The position numbers and the translations under genes were made by a program. DNA of 25,874 bases from an uncultured Caldisericum sp. GTDB taxonomy: Bacteria; Caldisericota; Caldisericia; Caldisericales; Caldisericaceae. Where the stretch lies: NCBI GenBank assembly GCA_964546685.1, contig CAZJKI010000017.1:1-25874 (forward strand), given 5' to 3'. The notes beneath the pieces are model-generated. The model had not been told where the DNA came from. It did not search any database and was given only the letters and a program-made list of their open reading frames with translations. Position 1 is the stretch's first letter; each line of letters opens with the position of its first letter. Of the stretch, positions 16,599 through 25,300 are shown one piece after another.

Positions 16599-17748
16599 GT
16601 TTTCCTCCTCTGAAGACGATATTGCCATTTATTATCACTGTATCGCATTTTGCAGTGGTTGAGAATGGATGTCCTTCATATATTACGACGTCTGCAATCT
16701 TACCCTTCTCTATGCTTCCATAGTTCTTGTCTATTTCAAGAATTTTTGCGGCATTAATTGTTACAAGTTCTAACGCTTTTCCTTCGCCCAAACCTCCAAG
16801 ATACGCAACCACTCCTGTTTGAATAAGAGCGTATTGAATAGGTATTACTGGATGGTCTGTCATTAAAGCTGTAAGAACTCCTGCTTCAACTAATTTCCTT
16901 GGGTTTTCAAAAGAAGCTGAGCGAGTTTCTACTTTTGGAGATACATCAAGCAGAGGACCTGCAATGACTGACACTTTTTCTTTTGCCAAAAAATCCCTCA
17001 CTCTTACAGCATCTGTGCCATGTTCGATTACAACCCTTAAACCAAACTCATGTTTTGCAATGCGGATAGCAGTAACAATGTCATCTGCTCTATGTGAGTG
17101 AATTCTAAGTGGAATTTTCCCCTCAAAAACAGGTATAAATGCCTCCATGTTCAAATCAAAATCAACCTTTTTCTTCTTATTTTTACTGTTGTAATATTCC
17201 TTTGCCTTTGAGAGGGTCTCTCTGAAAACTTTTGCTGTACCCATTCTTGTCGTGGGAAGCTGGGATTTCTCTGCATAGATCCTTTTTGGATTTTCCCCGA
17301 AAGCACACTTTAAACCTGCTGGATTTCTTACAATCATCTCATCAACTGTATTTCCATATGTCTTCATGATGACACTCTGACCACCAACTACATTTCCAGA
17401 GCCAGGACCTGTAAAAACCACAGTAATACCTGCTGAAATTGCGTCTTTATATGCAGGGTCTTGTGGGTTAATCGCATCAATTGCCCTCATTGCGGGAGTC
17501 GAGGGACTGGTCATTTCATTTCCGTCAACACCCTCAAAGAAAGACTCAAGAGCGAAAAGACCAAGGTGCGAGTGTGCATCAATAAAACCAGGAAAAACAA
17601 GTTTCCCTTTTGCATCAATTTTCTCAAAGTTTCCTTTGATTGGTTTTTGAGACACTTCTTTGATGCGACCATTATCAAAGAGAATAAACCCATCATCGAT
17701 GATACCGTTTGTAATAGTGAAAATTTTTCCATGCTCAATAGATAACAT
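16591..17748 (-). CDS. Metal-dependent amidohydrolase (amidohydrolase_1 TIM-barrel superfamily; dihydroorotase/imidazolonepropionase-like)
   Basis: 385 aa. Intact motifs: ..PGFIDAHSHLG.. (HxH), ..IHSHRADD.., ..IEHGTD.., ..MTDHPV.. (catalytic Asp). AAGGAGG SD 4 nt before the ATG. Confidence 0.85.
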   Translation of the reverse strand: MLSIEHGKIFTITNGIIDDGFILFDNGRIKEVSQKPIKGNFEKIDAKGKLVFPGFIDAHSHLGLFALESFFEGVDGNEMTSPSTPAMRAIDAINPQDPAYKDAISAGITVVFTGPGSGNVVGGQSVIMKTYGNTVDEMIVRNPAGLKCAFGENPKRIYAEKSQLPTTRMGTAKVFRETLSKAKEYYNSKNKKKKVDFDLNMEAFIPVFEGKIPLRIHSHRADDIVTAIRIAKHEFGLRVVIEHGTDAVRVRDFLAKEKVSVIAGPLLDVSPKVETRSASFENPRKLVEAGVLTALMTDHPVIPIQYALIQTGVVAYLGGLGEGKALELVTINAAKILEIDKNYGSIEKGKIADVVIYEGHPFSTTAKCDTVIINGNIVFRGGKHV

Positions 17749-17810
17749 TTTGCCTCCTTACAAAACTACAAATTTTATCACAAAAAGAAAATTTTGAAAT
17801 TATAAGAAGA

Positions 17811-18188
17811 CTATTTCCCCTTATTTTTCCCCATGAAATCTTTTATCTTGCCTTTTGTTTCTTCCGATATGCTGTGCTCTATGAGGCATGCCTCCTTAAA
17901 GGCAACCGCGTCTGATACGCCGATTACTTTTTTGAGAAATTCGTAAATTAGTTGATGCTTGTCCCATGTTACTCTTCCTATTTTGCTGCCTTTATCTGTA
18001 AGTATAACTTCTCCATACAGGGTATGTTTTACAAAACTGTCTTCCTGAAGCCTCTGGACTGCCTCCGTAACTGAGGGAAGTTTTACAGATAGAAAATCTG
18101 CTATATCCTTTACCCTTACATTACCTTTTTCATTTGAAAGCACGTAAATTGCTTCAAGATAATCTTCAACGCCTTTCGTATGCTTCAT
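17811..18188 (-). CDS. DtxR/MntR-family metal-dependent transcriptional repressor (short form, HTH + dimerisation domain, no SH3 domain)
   Basis: 125 aa. ..EDYLEAIYVLSNEKGNVRVKDIADFLSVKLPSVTEAVQRLQEDSFV.. is a DtxR-type winged HTH, followed by the metal-site/dimerisation helix region. Separated by 1 nt from the feoB stop. Confidence 0.85.
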   Translation of the reverse strand: MKHTKGVEDYLEAIYVLSNEKGNVRVKDIADFLSVKLPSVTEAVQRLQEDSFVKHTLYGEVILTDKGSKIGRVTWDKHQLIYEFLKKVIGVSDAVAFKEACLIEHSISEETKGKIKDFMGKNKGK

Positions 18189-18189
18189 A

Positions 18190-20127
18190 CTAAAAAACCC
18201 TGAATAGAAGATTCAAAAGTCCACCTAAAATAAGAGCGCCAATAAATTCACCTATAGAGACGAGAAAAGCAGTAAGATTTCCAAACTCCCTTTTCAACGC
18301 AGCAATTGTTGCAACACATGGTATATAAATCATGGTCACAAAACCAAATATGAAGATTTGTTGTGGAGTAAGAACTTTTGCAAAATTGGCAGTCTGGTAA
18401 AATGTTGCAAGCATTATCAGGGTAAGTTCCTTCCTCAATACACCAAAAAGCAAAGTGATTGTAGCAAGCGAAGGGAGACCAAGAAACCTTGAAATAGGAC
18501 TCAATGCACTCGTGATAGGACCGATAAATTTAAGAAGTATAAGTCCTTCCATAACGATGTTAGCAATAACGATAATTGGCATTGCAAAATAAAGGAACTC
18601 CTTAAGTCTAATCCATGTTTGCCTGAATATAACTTTGAAAACAGGTTTTCTTAACCTTGGCATTTCCATAATGAGACCGGAAGGAGTACCTTTGATGTAT
18701 TTATTCAATATGAGACCCACGATAAATATCAGTATAAAATCAAGAATATAAATAAAAATGGCATAAAGTGGACCAAGAAATACTGCAACAAGTCCAAAAA
18801 TAATAACAGTTCTTGCAGAGCAGGGCACAAGCGTTGCGAGAATAGATACAATAAGTCTATCTCTTCTCCTTTCCATCACTCTTGAACCCATTATTGCGGG
18901 CACATTACATCCGAAACTTTCAATAAGAGGTATAAATGCCTTTCCATGAACACCAAGTTTATGCATCAAATTGTCGGTAAGGAATGCGATACGTGCAAGA
19001 TAACCCGTATCCTCGAGGATTGAAAGGATTAAATAAAAAGGAGCAATATATGGAAGCACTATTGCAAAACCAGCAATTATGCCCTCTATAGCACCGTTCC
19101 ATATTAGCTCTTTTAAAGGAACAGATATATTAAGGTACATAAAATATGGTTTTAAAAGACCGAATAAACTTCCTATTATGCCTGAAAGATAGCTGCCAAA
19201 TTTGAACACTACAAAAAATATGAAAAGAACAAGTAATATTAAGAGTGCATATCCCCAAAACCTATGAAGAGCAACTTTATCAAGCACATCGTTTAAATCT
19301 TTCTTTGCCTTTCTCATCTTCGTTATAACTGCTTCTGCAATGCGGGAAGCAACGGCATATCGCTCTGATATAATAACTGTCTCCGATTTTTCACCATGGA
19401 TTTCCTCAAGTTCTTTATAGAGTATCTTGGCAAGATTAATAATTTCGGTAGATTTAATTTCTGAAAACATGAGTGGGTCTTTTTCAAGAAGCTTTATCGC
19501 AATAAACCTTTTAGGATACCTCAATTCCTGTAATTGCTCCAATGCCTTTGAAAGTATTTTAATCCTCCTCTCAACTTCTTTCCCATATTCAACTTTTCCT
19601 CTGCCATTTTTCCCTCTTTTAAGAATGTTTATAATAACCTGGAAAAGCTCCTTAAGTCCTCTATTTTTTGTTGCAATGGTTTTTATTACAGGCAAGCCAA
19701 GTAGTTCTGATAATTTTTGTTCATCAATTTCGAGACCTTTATCTTCGACCACATCGTATTGATTTAGTGCTACCACAATTGGCACTTCAAGTTCCATAAG
19801 CTGAAATAAGAAAAATAAGTTCCTTTCGAGGTTTGAGGCGTCAATAATATCAACAACCAGGTCAGGGTGCTCGTGAGCGATAAATTCCCTTGAGACGATT
19901 TCTTCTTCAGAGTATGTTGAAAGAGAATAAATACCAGGAAGGTCAATAATTCTTATTCTCATTCCTCCCTGTTCAGTAAATCCTTCTGCTTTTTCTACGG
20001 TTTTCCCAGGCCAGTTACCTACGATTTGGCTTCCACCTGTAAGCTGGTTAAAAATGACACTCTTACCGACATTTGCATTACCCGCAAGTGCAACAGTAAA
20101 AGTTCTATTCATTAAGCTCCTCGACAA
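18190..20127 (-). CDS. feoB: Ferrous iron transporter FeoB
   Basis: 645 aa. N-terminal G-domain (GNANVGKSVIFNQLTGG, DLPG), GDI-like linker, C-terminal polytopic Gate-motif membrane domain. Overlaps feoA by 23 nt. Confidence 0.95.
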   Translation of the reverse strand: MSRSLMNRTFTVALAGNANVGKSVIFNQLTGGSQIVGNWPGKTVEKAEGFTEQGGMRIRIIDLPGIYSLSTYSEEEIVSREFIAHEHPDLVVDIIDASNLERNLFFLFQLMELEVPIVVALNQYDVVEDKGLEIDEQKLSELLGLPVIKTIATKNRGLKELFQVIINILKRGKNGRGKVEYGKEVERRIKILSKALEQLQELRYPKRFIAIKLLEKDPLMFSEIKSTEIINLAKILYKELEEIHGEKSETVIISERYAVASRIAEAVITKMRKAKKDLNDVLDKVALHRFWGYALLILLVLFIFFVVFKFGSYLSGIIGSLFGLLKPYFMYLNISVPLKELIWNGAIEGIIAGFAIVLPYIAPFYLILSILEDTGYLARIAFLTDNLMHKLGVHGKAFIPLIESFGCNVPAIMGSRVMERRRDRLIVSILATLVPCSARTVIIFGLVAVFLGPLYAIFIYILDFILIFIVGLILNKYIKGTPSGLIMEMPRLRKPVFKVIFRQTWIRLKEFLYFAMPIIVIANIVMEGLILLKFIGPITSALSPISRFLGLPSLATITLLFGVLRKELTLIMLATFYQTANFAKVLTPQQIFIFGFVTMIYIPCVATIAALKREFGNLTAFLVSIGEFIGALILGGLLNLLFRVF

Positions 20128-20347
20128 TTATTTTTGCAGCAATACCCCTACCAATAGCAAGATGACTTCCCATAATGCTAACTTCGACTGGCCCTGTGTT
20201 TGTATTTCTAATTACTTCAATTATCTTACCAGGCAATAAGCCCATCTCTTGAAGTCTTCTTTGAAAAGAAACTCCATGATGTTCAAAACCAATTACTCTA
20301 ACTTTTTTACCCTGTCGAACTAATAAAAGCGCTTTTTTATTTTCCAT
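20105..20347 (-). CDS. feoA: FeoA family protein
   Basis: 80 aa SH3-like FeoA (..G..VRVIGFE..G..F.RRL.EMGLLPG..IEVIR....GPVEVSI.GS.LAIGRGIA.KI.V..). GGGAG SD. Confidence 0.85.
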   Translation of the reverse strand: MENKKALLLVRQGKKVRVIGFEHHGVSFQRRLQEMGLLPGKIIEVIRNTNTGPVEVSIMGSHLAIGRGIAAKIIVEELNE

Positions 20348-20362
20348 TTCTACTCCCTTATA

Positions 20363-20380
20363 AGTTAGGATAACCTAACT
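20363..20380. promoter_or_regulatory. TTAGG/CCTAA palindrome (DtxR/IdeR-box-like half-sites) in the feoA leader
   Basis: AGTTAGGATAACCTAACT: 16/18 positions self-complementary. It lies 18 nt upstream of the feoA ATG, between the AT-rich -10 candidates and the GGGAG SD. The operon itself encodes a DtxR-family repressor. Confidence 0.5.
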
Positions 20381-20420
20381 TTTATTATATTATTATATAT
20401 TGATATAATAAAAAATCAAG
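20381..20420 (-). promoter_or_regulatory. Putative promoter of feoA-feoB-dtxR (tandem TATAAT-like hexamers)
   Basis: The minus-strand sequence reads ..AATATATAATAATATAATAA.. immediately upstream of the palindrome. Confidence 0.35.
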
Positions 20421-20634
20421 GGCTTGTATGACTTACATAAAATAATATTTTAAAGAAACGTCTCCCCACACACTTCTCTTGATTGCAAGAATAGAATTTT
20501 TGTGCGCCACTTTGCATAACACTAAGCGTGTCTTGAGCAAGTAGTTATTTCAGAGTTTCCAATTCTCAAAGACGATATGTTGAACAAGGTTCGGTAAGGC
20601 AGAAAACAAGATCTTTCAAAAAAATGAAAAATTG

Positions 20635-20655
20635 CCATACAATTTATAAGTATGG
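20635..20655. promoter_or_regulatory. Inverted repeat CCATAC-aatttataa-GTATGG overlapping the -35 region of the peptidase gene promoter
   Basis: 6-bp perfect arms. It sits 19 bp upstream of TATAAT (20674-20679). Confidence 0.3.
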
Positions 20656-20701
20656 ATTTTAAATACAAAAAGGTATAATAACCTTGAAAGGAGAGTGAAA
20701 T

Positions 20702-22273
20702 ATGGATAAAAATTTTCTCGAAAATGTTAATGCAGAAATAAAAAGACTCCATACAAAATCTGCTACTTCCTATTGGGGCCTTACAACAACAGGAAAAGAA
20801 GAGTACGGAGAAGAAATGCAAAAAGCCGAGATAGAGTTAAGATTGTATCTTGCAGACAAGGAAAAGTTTGATACTGTTAAAGAGTCAATGAGCCTTGAGC
20901 TCGACCCCATTGAAAAAAGAGAAATGAGGGTACTTTTTAATGAAATGCTCCCGAATCAATTACCAAAAGAAAGAATTGAGGAAGCAGTCAAGAAAGAAGT
21001 CAAAATAGAATCTCTATTCGCTAACTTCAGAGCGAAGATAGATGGTAAAGAAGTTTCAAACAATGAAATTACTGAGATACTTGAAAAAAGTACAGATAGC
21101 AAATTAAGAAAAGACGCATGGATTGCAGGAAAAGAAATAGGAGAAGAGATTGCTCCAAAACTTATTGAACTTATCAAAATCAGAAATGAAAATGCAAAAA
21201 TATTGGGTTTCAATAACTACTATGACATGATGATGGAACTTCAAGAGCTTTCGACAGAACAAATACACTCAATGTTCAGGAGCTTTAAAGAACAGTCAGA
21301 TGGTTTATTTAAAGAAATTAAAAACGATATAGACACAACTTTATCAGAGAAATTTAAAATAAGCCAGGAAGAAATTAAGCCCTGGCATTATGCAGATATC
21401 TGGTTTCAGGAAGTGCCCCAGATAGATACATACAATTACGATTCCATTTTAAAAGACAAAGACGTTGTAGCCCTCGTTAAAAAAACTTACGGTTCAATAG
21501 GCCTTGATATATCTGACATCATTGAAAGGTCAGATCTTTACGAAAGGAAAGGCAAGAATCAGCATGCATTTACTATTTCAATAGATACTGAAAATGACGT
21601 TAGAGTACTTGAAAACATTAGACCCAATGTGAAATGGGCAGAGACAACATTGCATGAATATGGGCATGCAATCTACGACAAGTATATTGATAAAGGCTTA
21701 CCTGTTATTCTCAGAGGACCCGCACATACTTTTACAACAGAGGCCGTTGCAATGTTCTTTGGAAGAAGAGCAAGAGACGCAGAGTGGTATGGAAAAATTG
21801 TTAACCTCGACGAGTCAACCCTTAAAGAGATCGAGCCAAGACTTAAAAAACTTCTCAAATATCAACTTGCAATAACCGCAAGATGGATTATTGCATTTGT
21901 ATTTTTTGAGAGGGCGCTTTATAAAAATCCTGAAAGAGAAGATTTAAACAACCTCTGGTACGATACTTTGCAGGAATTACAGTTTATAAAGGTGCCAGAT
22001 GATAGAAGAAAACGTCCTGATTGGGCTGCAAAAATCCATTTCGGCATAGCCCCTGTTTATTATCATAACTATCTGCTCGGCGAGATGATGGCATCGCAGA
22101 TGGAAAATTATGTAAGAGAGAATATTTCAAAAGAATTGATAAATAAGAATGTCGGAGAATTCTTTGTTGAAGGAATTTTTAAACCTGGATCTAAATACAG
22201 ATGGGATGAGCTCATTGAAAAAACCACAGGAAAACCTTTAAGTCCTGAATTTCTTGCAAACCAGTTGAAGTAA
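20702..22273 (+). CDS. Zinc metallopeptidase, gluzincin (HExxH...E); M2/M32-like (ACE-like dipeptidyl carboxypeptidase or Taq-type carboxypeptidase)
   Basis: 523 aa, cytoplasmic (no signal peptide). HEYGH with a third-ligand Glu 29 residues downstream (..TTEAVAMF..). The N-terminal region is collinear with the ACE/M32 helical lid. AAAGGAGAG SD, TATAAT -10 at 20674-20679. Confidence 0.75.
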   Translation: MDKNFLENVNAEIKRLHTKSATSYWGLTTTGKEEYGEEMQKAEIELRLYLADKEKFDTVKESMSLELDPIEKREMRVLFNEMLPNQLPKERIEEAVKKEVKIESLFANFRAKIDGKEVSNNEITEILEKSTDSKLRKDAWIAGKEIGEEIAPKLIELIKIRNENAKILGFNNYYDMMMELQELSTEQIHSMFRSFKEQSDGLFKEIKNDIDTTLSEKFKISQEEIKPWHYADIWFQEVPQIDTYNYDSILKDKDVVALVKKTYGSIGLDISDIIERSDLYERKGKNQHAFTISIDTENDVRVLENIRPNVKWAETTLHEYGHAIYDKYIDKGLPVILRGPAHTFTTEAVAMFFGRRARDAEWYGKIVNLDESTLKEIEPRLKKLLKYQLAITARWIIAFVFFERALYKNPEREDLNNLWYDTLQELQFIKVPDDRRKRPDWAAKIHFGIAPVYYHNYLLGEMMASQMENYVRENISKELINKNVGEFFVEGIFKPGSKYRWDELIEKTTGKPLSPEFLANQLK

Positions 22274-22290
22274 TTCAAAACGATAAAATT

Positions 22291-22320
22291 AAAGAGGGGC
22301 GTTAACGCCCCTCTTTTTTA
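22291..22320. terminator. Bidirectional rho-independent terminator between the convergent peptidase and nucleotidase genes
   Basis: AAAGAGGGGCG-ttaa-CGCCCCTCTTTTTT: GC-rich 8-9 bp stem, 4-nt loop, A-run on one side and T-run on the other. Confidence 0.9.
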
Positions 22321-22335
22321 ATTCAACAATCTCTA

Positions 22336-25300
22336 TTACGGATTTACAAAGGTAATCCTTCCATCAACAGTCACATCAATCTTCGGATGTACCTTTACAT
22401 ATTCAACAAGGTCATCTCTCATCCAATTTCCTGTAACCCATTTGGAGGATTTTGCTTCCTTGAACGATGCGTAGCCATCCCCACCTGCTGCCATGAAGTC
22501 ATTTGTAACAACGGTATAAACTTTATCAGGGTCAATTGGTTTTCCATTAACAAGAACTTCGATAACTCTTGAGTTTGGTGCATTCTTAAGATTTACCTTT
22601 ACTGTTATTCCTGAAATCTGCGGGAATCTACCTTGTACAGTTTCAACCATAGAGAATCCATTTTCGAGCGCTGCAGTAATCTGTTTACCAGTGAGTTCAA
22701 GTTTCACAAGAAGGTTATCAAACGGAAGAATTGTATAAATACTACCAATAGTTATAGGGCCTTTAGGTATACTTGCCCTAATGCCTCCACCGTTTGTAAT
22801 TGCGATATCTGCACCTGAAACAACCCTCATCCAGTCAGCAACAAAATCACCAAGATTTGTCTCTTTAATTCTTATATCAGGCCTATTACCAATTAGGTCA
22901 ACAAGTGCTTCACCAATTACTTCGTCCATCTTAGCCTTTAATTGGGTATTGTATGGATCAATGATTCCTTTGATTGTTGGGTCTTCGGCAAAGGAGTCGG
23001 TAATTGGAATGAGATTGTATCTAAAGCTAACTACTTTTGCGCCAGTCGGAGTCGCTACAAACTCAACAACTTCTTTACCTACATTATTACCGTAGCTTCC
23101 GGTTTGTACAATTGGAATTCCGTTAACAACATCGGGCTTCGTGAGAACAGTATGTGAGTGCCCACCAATAATCAGGTTAACATTGGAAATCTTAGCCGCA
23201 ACAGTTTTATCAACGTCGTATCCAAGGTGAGAGAGAACAACACAGTAATCAACTTTGTCCTTAAGTGACGTCGCGTAGTTATTGATTGTAGCAGTTGGAT
23301 CAAGAACCGTAAGTCCTTCAATGCCTGTTGGATTAACAAGAATTGGGAGTTCAGTTGTGTCAACACCGATAAATCCAATATCTACAAATCCAATACTTTT
23401 GATTGAATAAGGTGAAAGTATTGTCTTGTTGGTGTTAGAATCAACAATATTAGCATTTATATACTCGTAATTTGCAGGAGCAGTAATCTCTTTAAACTTT
23501 GCATATCCCCAGTCAAACTCGTGGTTACCTGTTGTTGCAATATCGTATCCCATTGCATTGTAAACTTCAATTACATCTTTACCGTAGAAGAATGCGCCTA
23601 TTGGAGGACCACCTCCAATGATATCACCTGCATCGACAAGGAGCGTCCTTGGGTTATATGCCCTTTCCTTCTCTACTAAAGTGTATATTCTTGCAGATCC
23701 ACCTATTGGCCTCTTTGTGGTTGCATCAGTGCTCCCTAAAAGATACATGTGGAAGTCATTGGTATGGAGGATCGTAACCGTTGGGAATCTCAGAGTAACT
23801 ATAAATGACGCAGTTATACCCTTCGTAATTGTTCCTTTTGGATTGTCAGTAGACTTGAATGCTCCAAGTTCAACTGCCTTGTTGAAGTTCGAAGAAAGAC
23901 CTCCCTGATCCATCTTAAATAACCTGAAGAAGATCGTTGCGGCTTCTGCTCTCGTAATAGTTGCATCTGGTCTAAATGTGCCATCTCCGTAACCTTTTAC
24001 ATAACCTCTCTTAGCAAGGGCTTCAACATATGGCGCAGAAGCATCTAAAGCACTCAAATCCTTAAATGAGTACTTTTTAAGACCTCCCCAGGGTATAATT
24101 TCTGGCATGAATGATCTTACTGCAAGTATTGCAAATTCTCCCCTTGTCATAATCTTATCTGGCAGGAAGCCATCGGGTAAGAGTGTATCAACAACGCGTC
24201 TTCTAACAAGAGTATCAATGTCTCCCCTGTATTCACTTGTAATATAATCAGGAATTAACTTCCAGTTATTATCTGCTTCTGGAGAAATCACCTTCACCTT
24301 CTTGATATATTCAATCATGTAGTTACGGATTTCATCGACAGACATCCAAAGGGTTGGGGCTCCTCCAATCATCTTATAGCCACCGCCGCCGTTACCACGG
24401 TAGTTATTTACAGCAAGCTTAAACTCATCATCTGGCTTAACAGGTCTTCCTTTATACACAAGAGAAACAACCCTTTGACCAACAGGTTTTGAAATATCAA
24501 CAACATAGTCAAGCCCCTGGACTGTGTCGAAGTTGTAAGCCCTGATATTCGGGTTCGCAAGAGGTGTATCTGTCTTTCCGAAATCATAGGTGTAATAATA
24601 TTGATATGACCATTCAAGTGCGTCTTTGACTTGCTGTCCTGTAACTTCCTTTGTCCAAAGAGTATTATCATAGATATAAAGTGAATATACATCCCTTACC
24701 CTAATTGGTCCCTTTTTCCAGACGGGTGCTACGGTTGGAAGCATTGCAGCAATTGAGATATCAGCGCCTGTCACATCAAGCTGAACATTATGAATGATGT
24801 CAAGCATCGCATTGTCCTGTAATCTGCAAAGTGTACCATCGATATCATCAGCTGCCTCACCGATTACCGAATCAACATAAGCAACCGTTGTATCATGATA
24901 GTCTTTTGCTACATCAAGTACTTCCTGGGCGGCAGCAACATCTTTAGTTACAGCAAGATTGGTTCCTTCCTTCTTTACAACTTTCCACTTACCTCCATCT
25001 TTTTCAAGGGTGATGTCAAGTTTTGCAAGTGCCTGCCCCCAGCAAGAGGGTTGAACACAGAGGACGCCATTTCTAATGAACGGGGCAATATTATAATGGT
25101 CATGCCCCGTAATCATCACGTCAATCTGAGAACCGTATTTTTGAATGATTGCATCTGCAACGTTTCCTTCACGCACAGGAGTAAGATACTTAAAATTTTT
25201 AACATCATTTCCAAATTCAAAGCCAAAATGTGCAGAAATGACAAGCACATCAACCTGAGGACGAACTTCAGCAATCCATTTTCCTGCTTCCTCAACTGAG

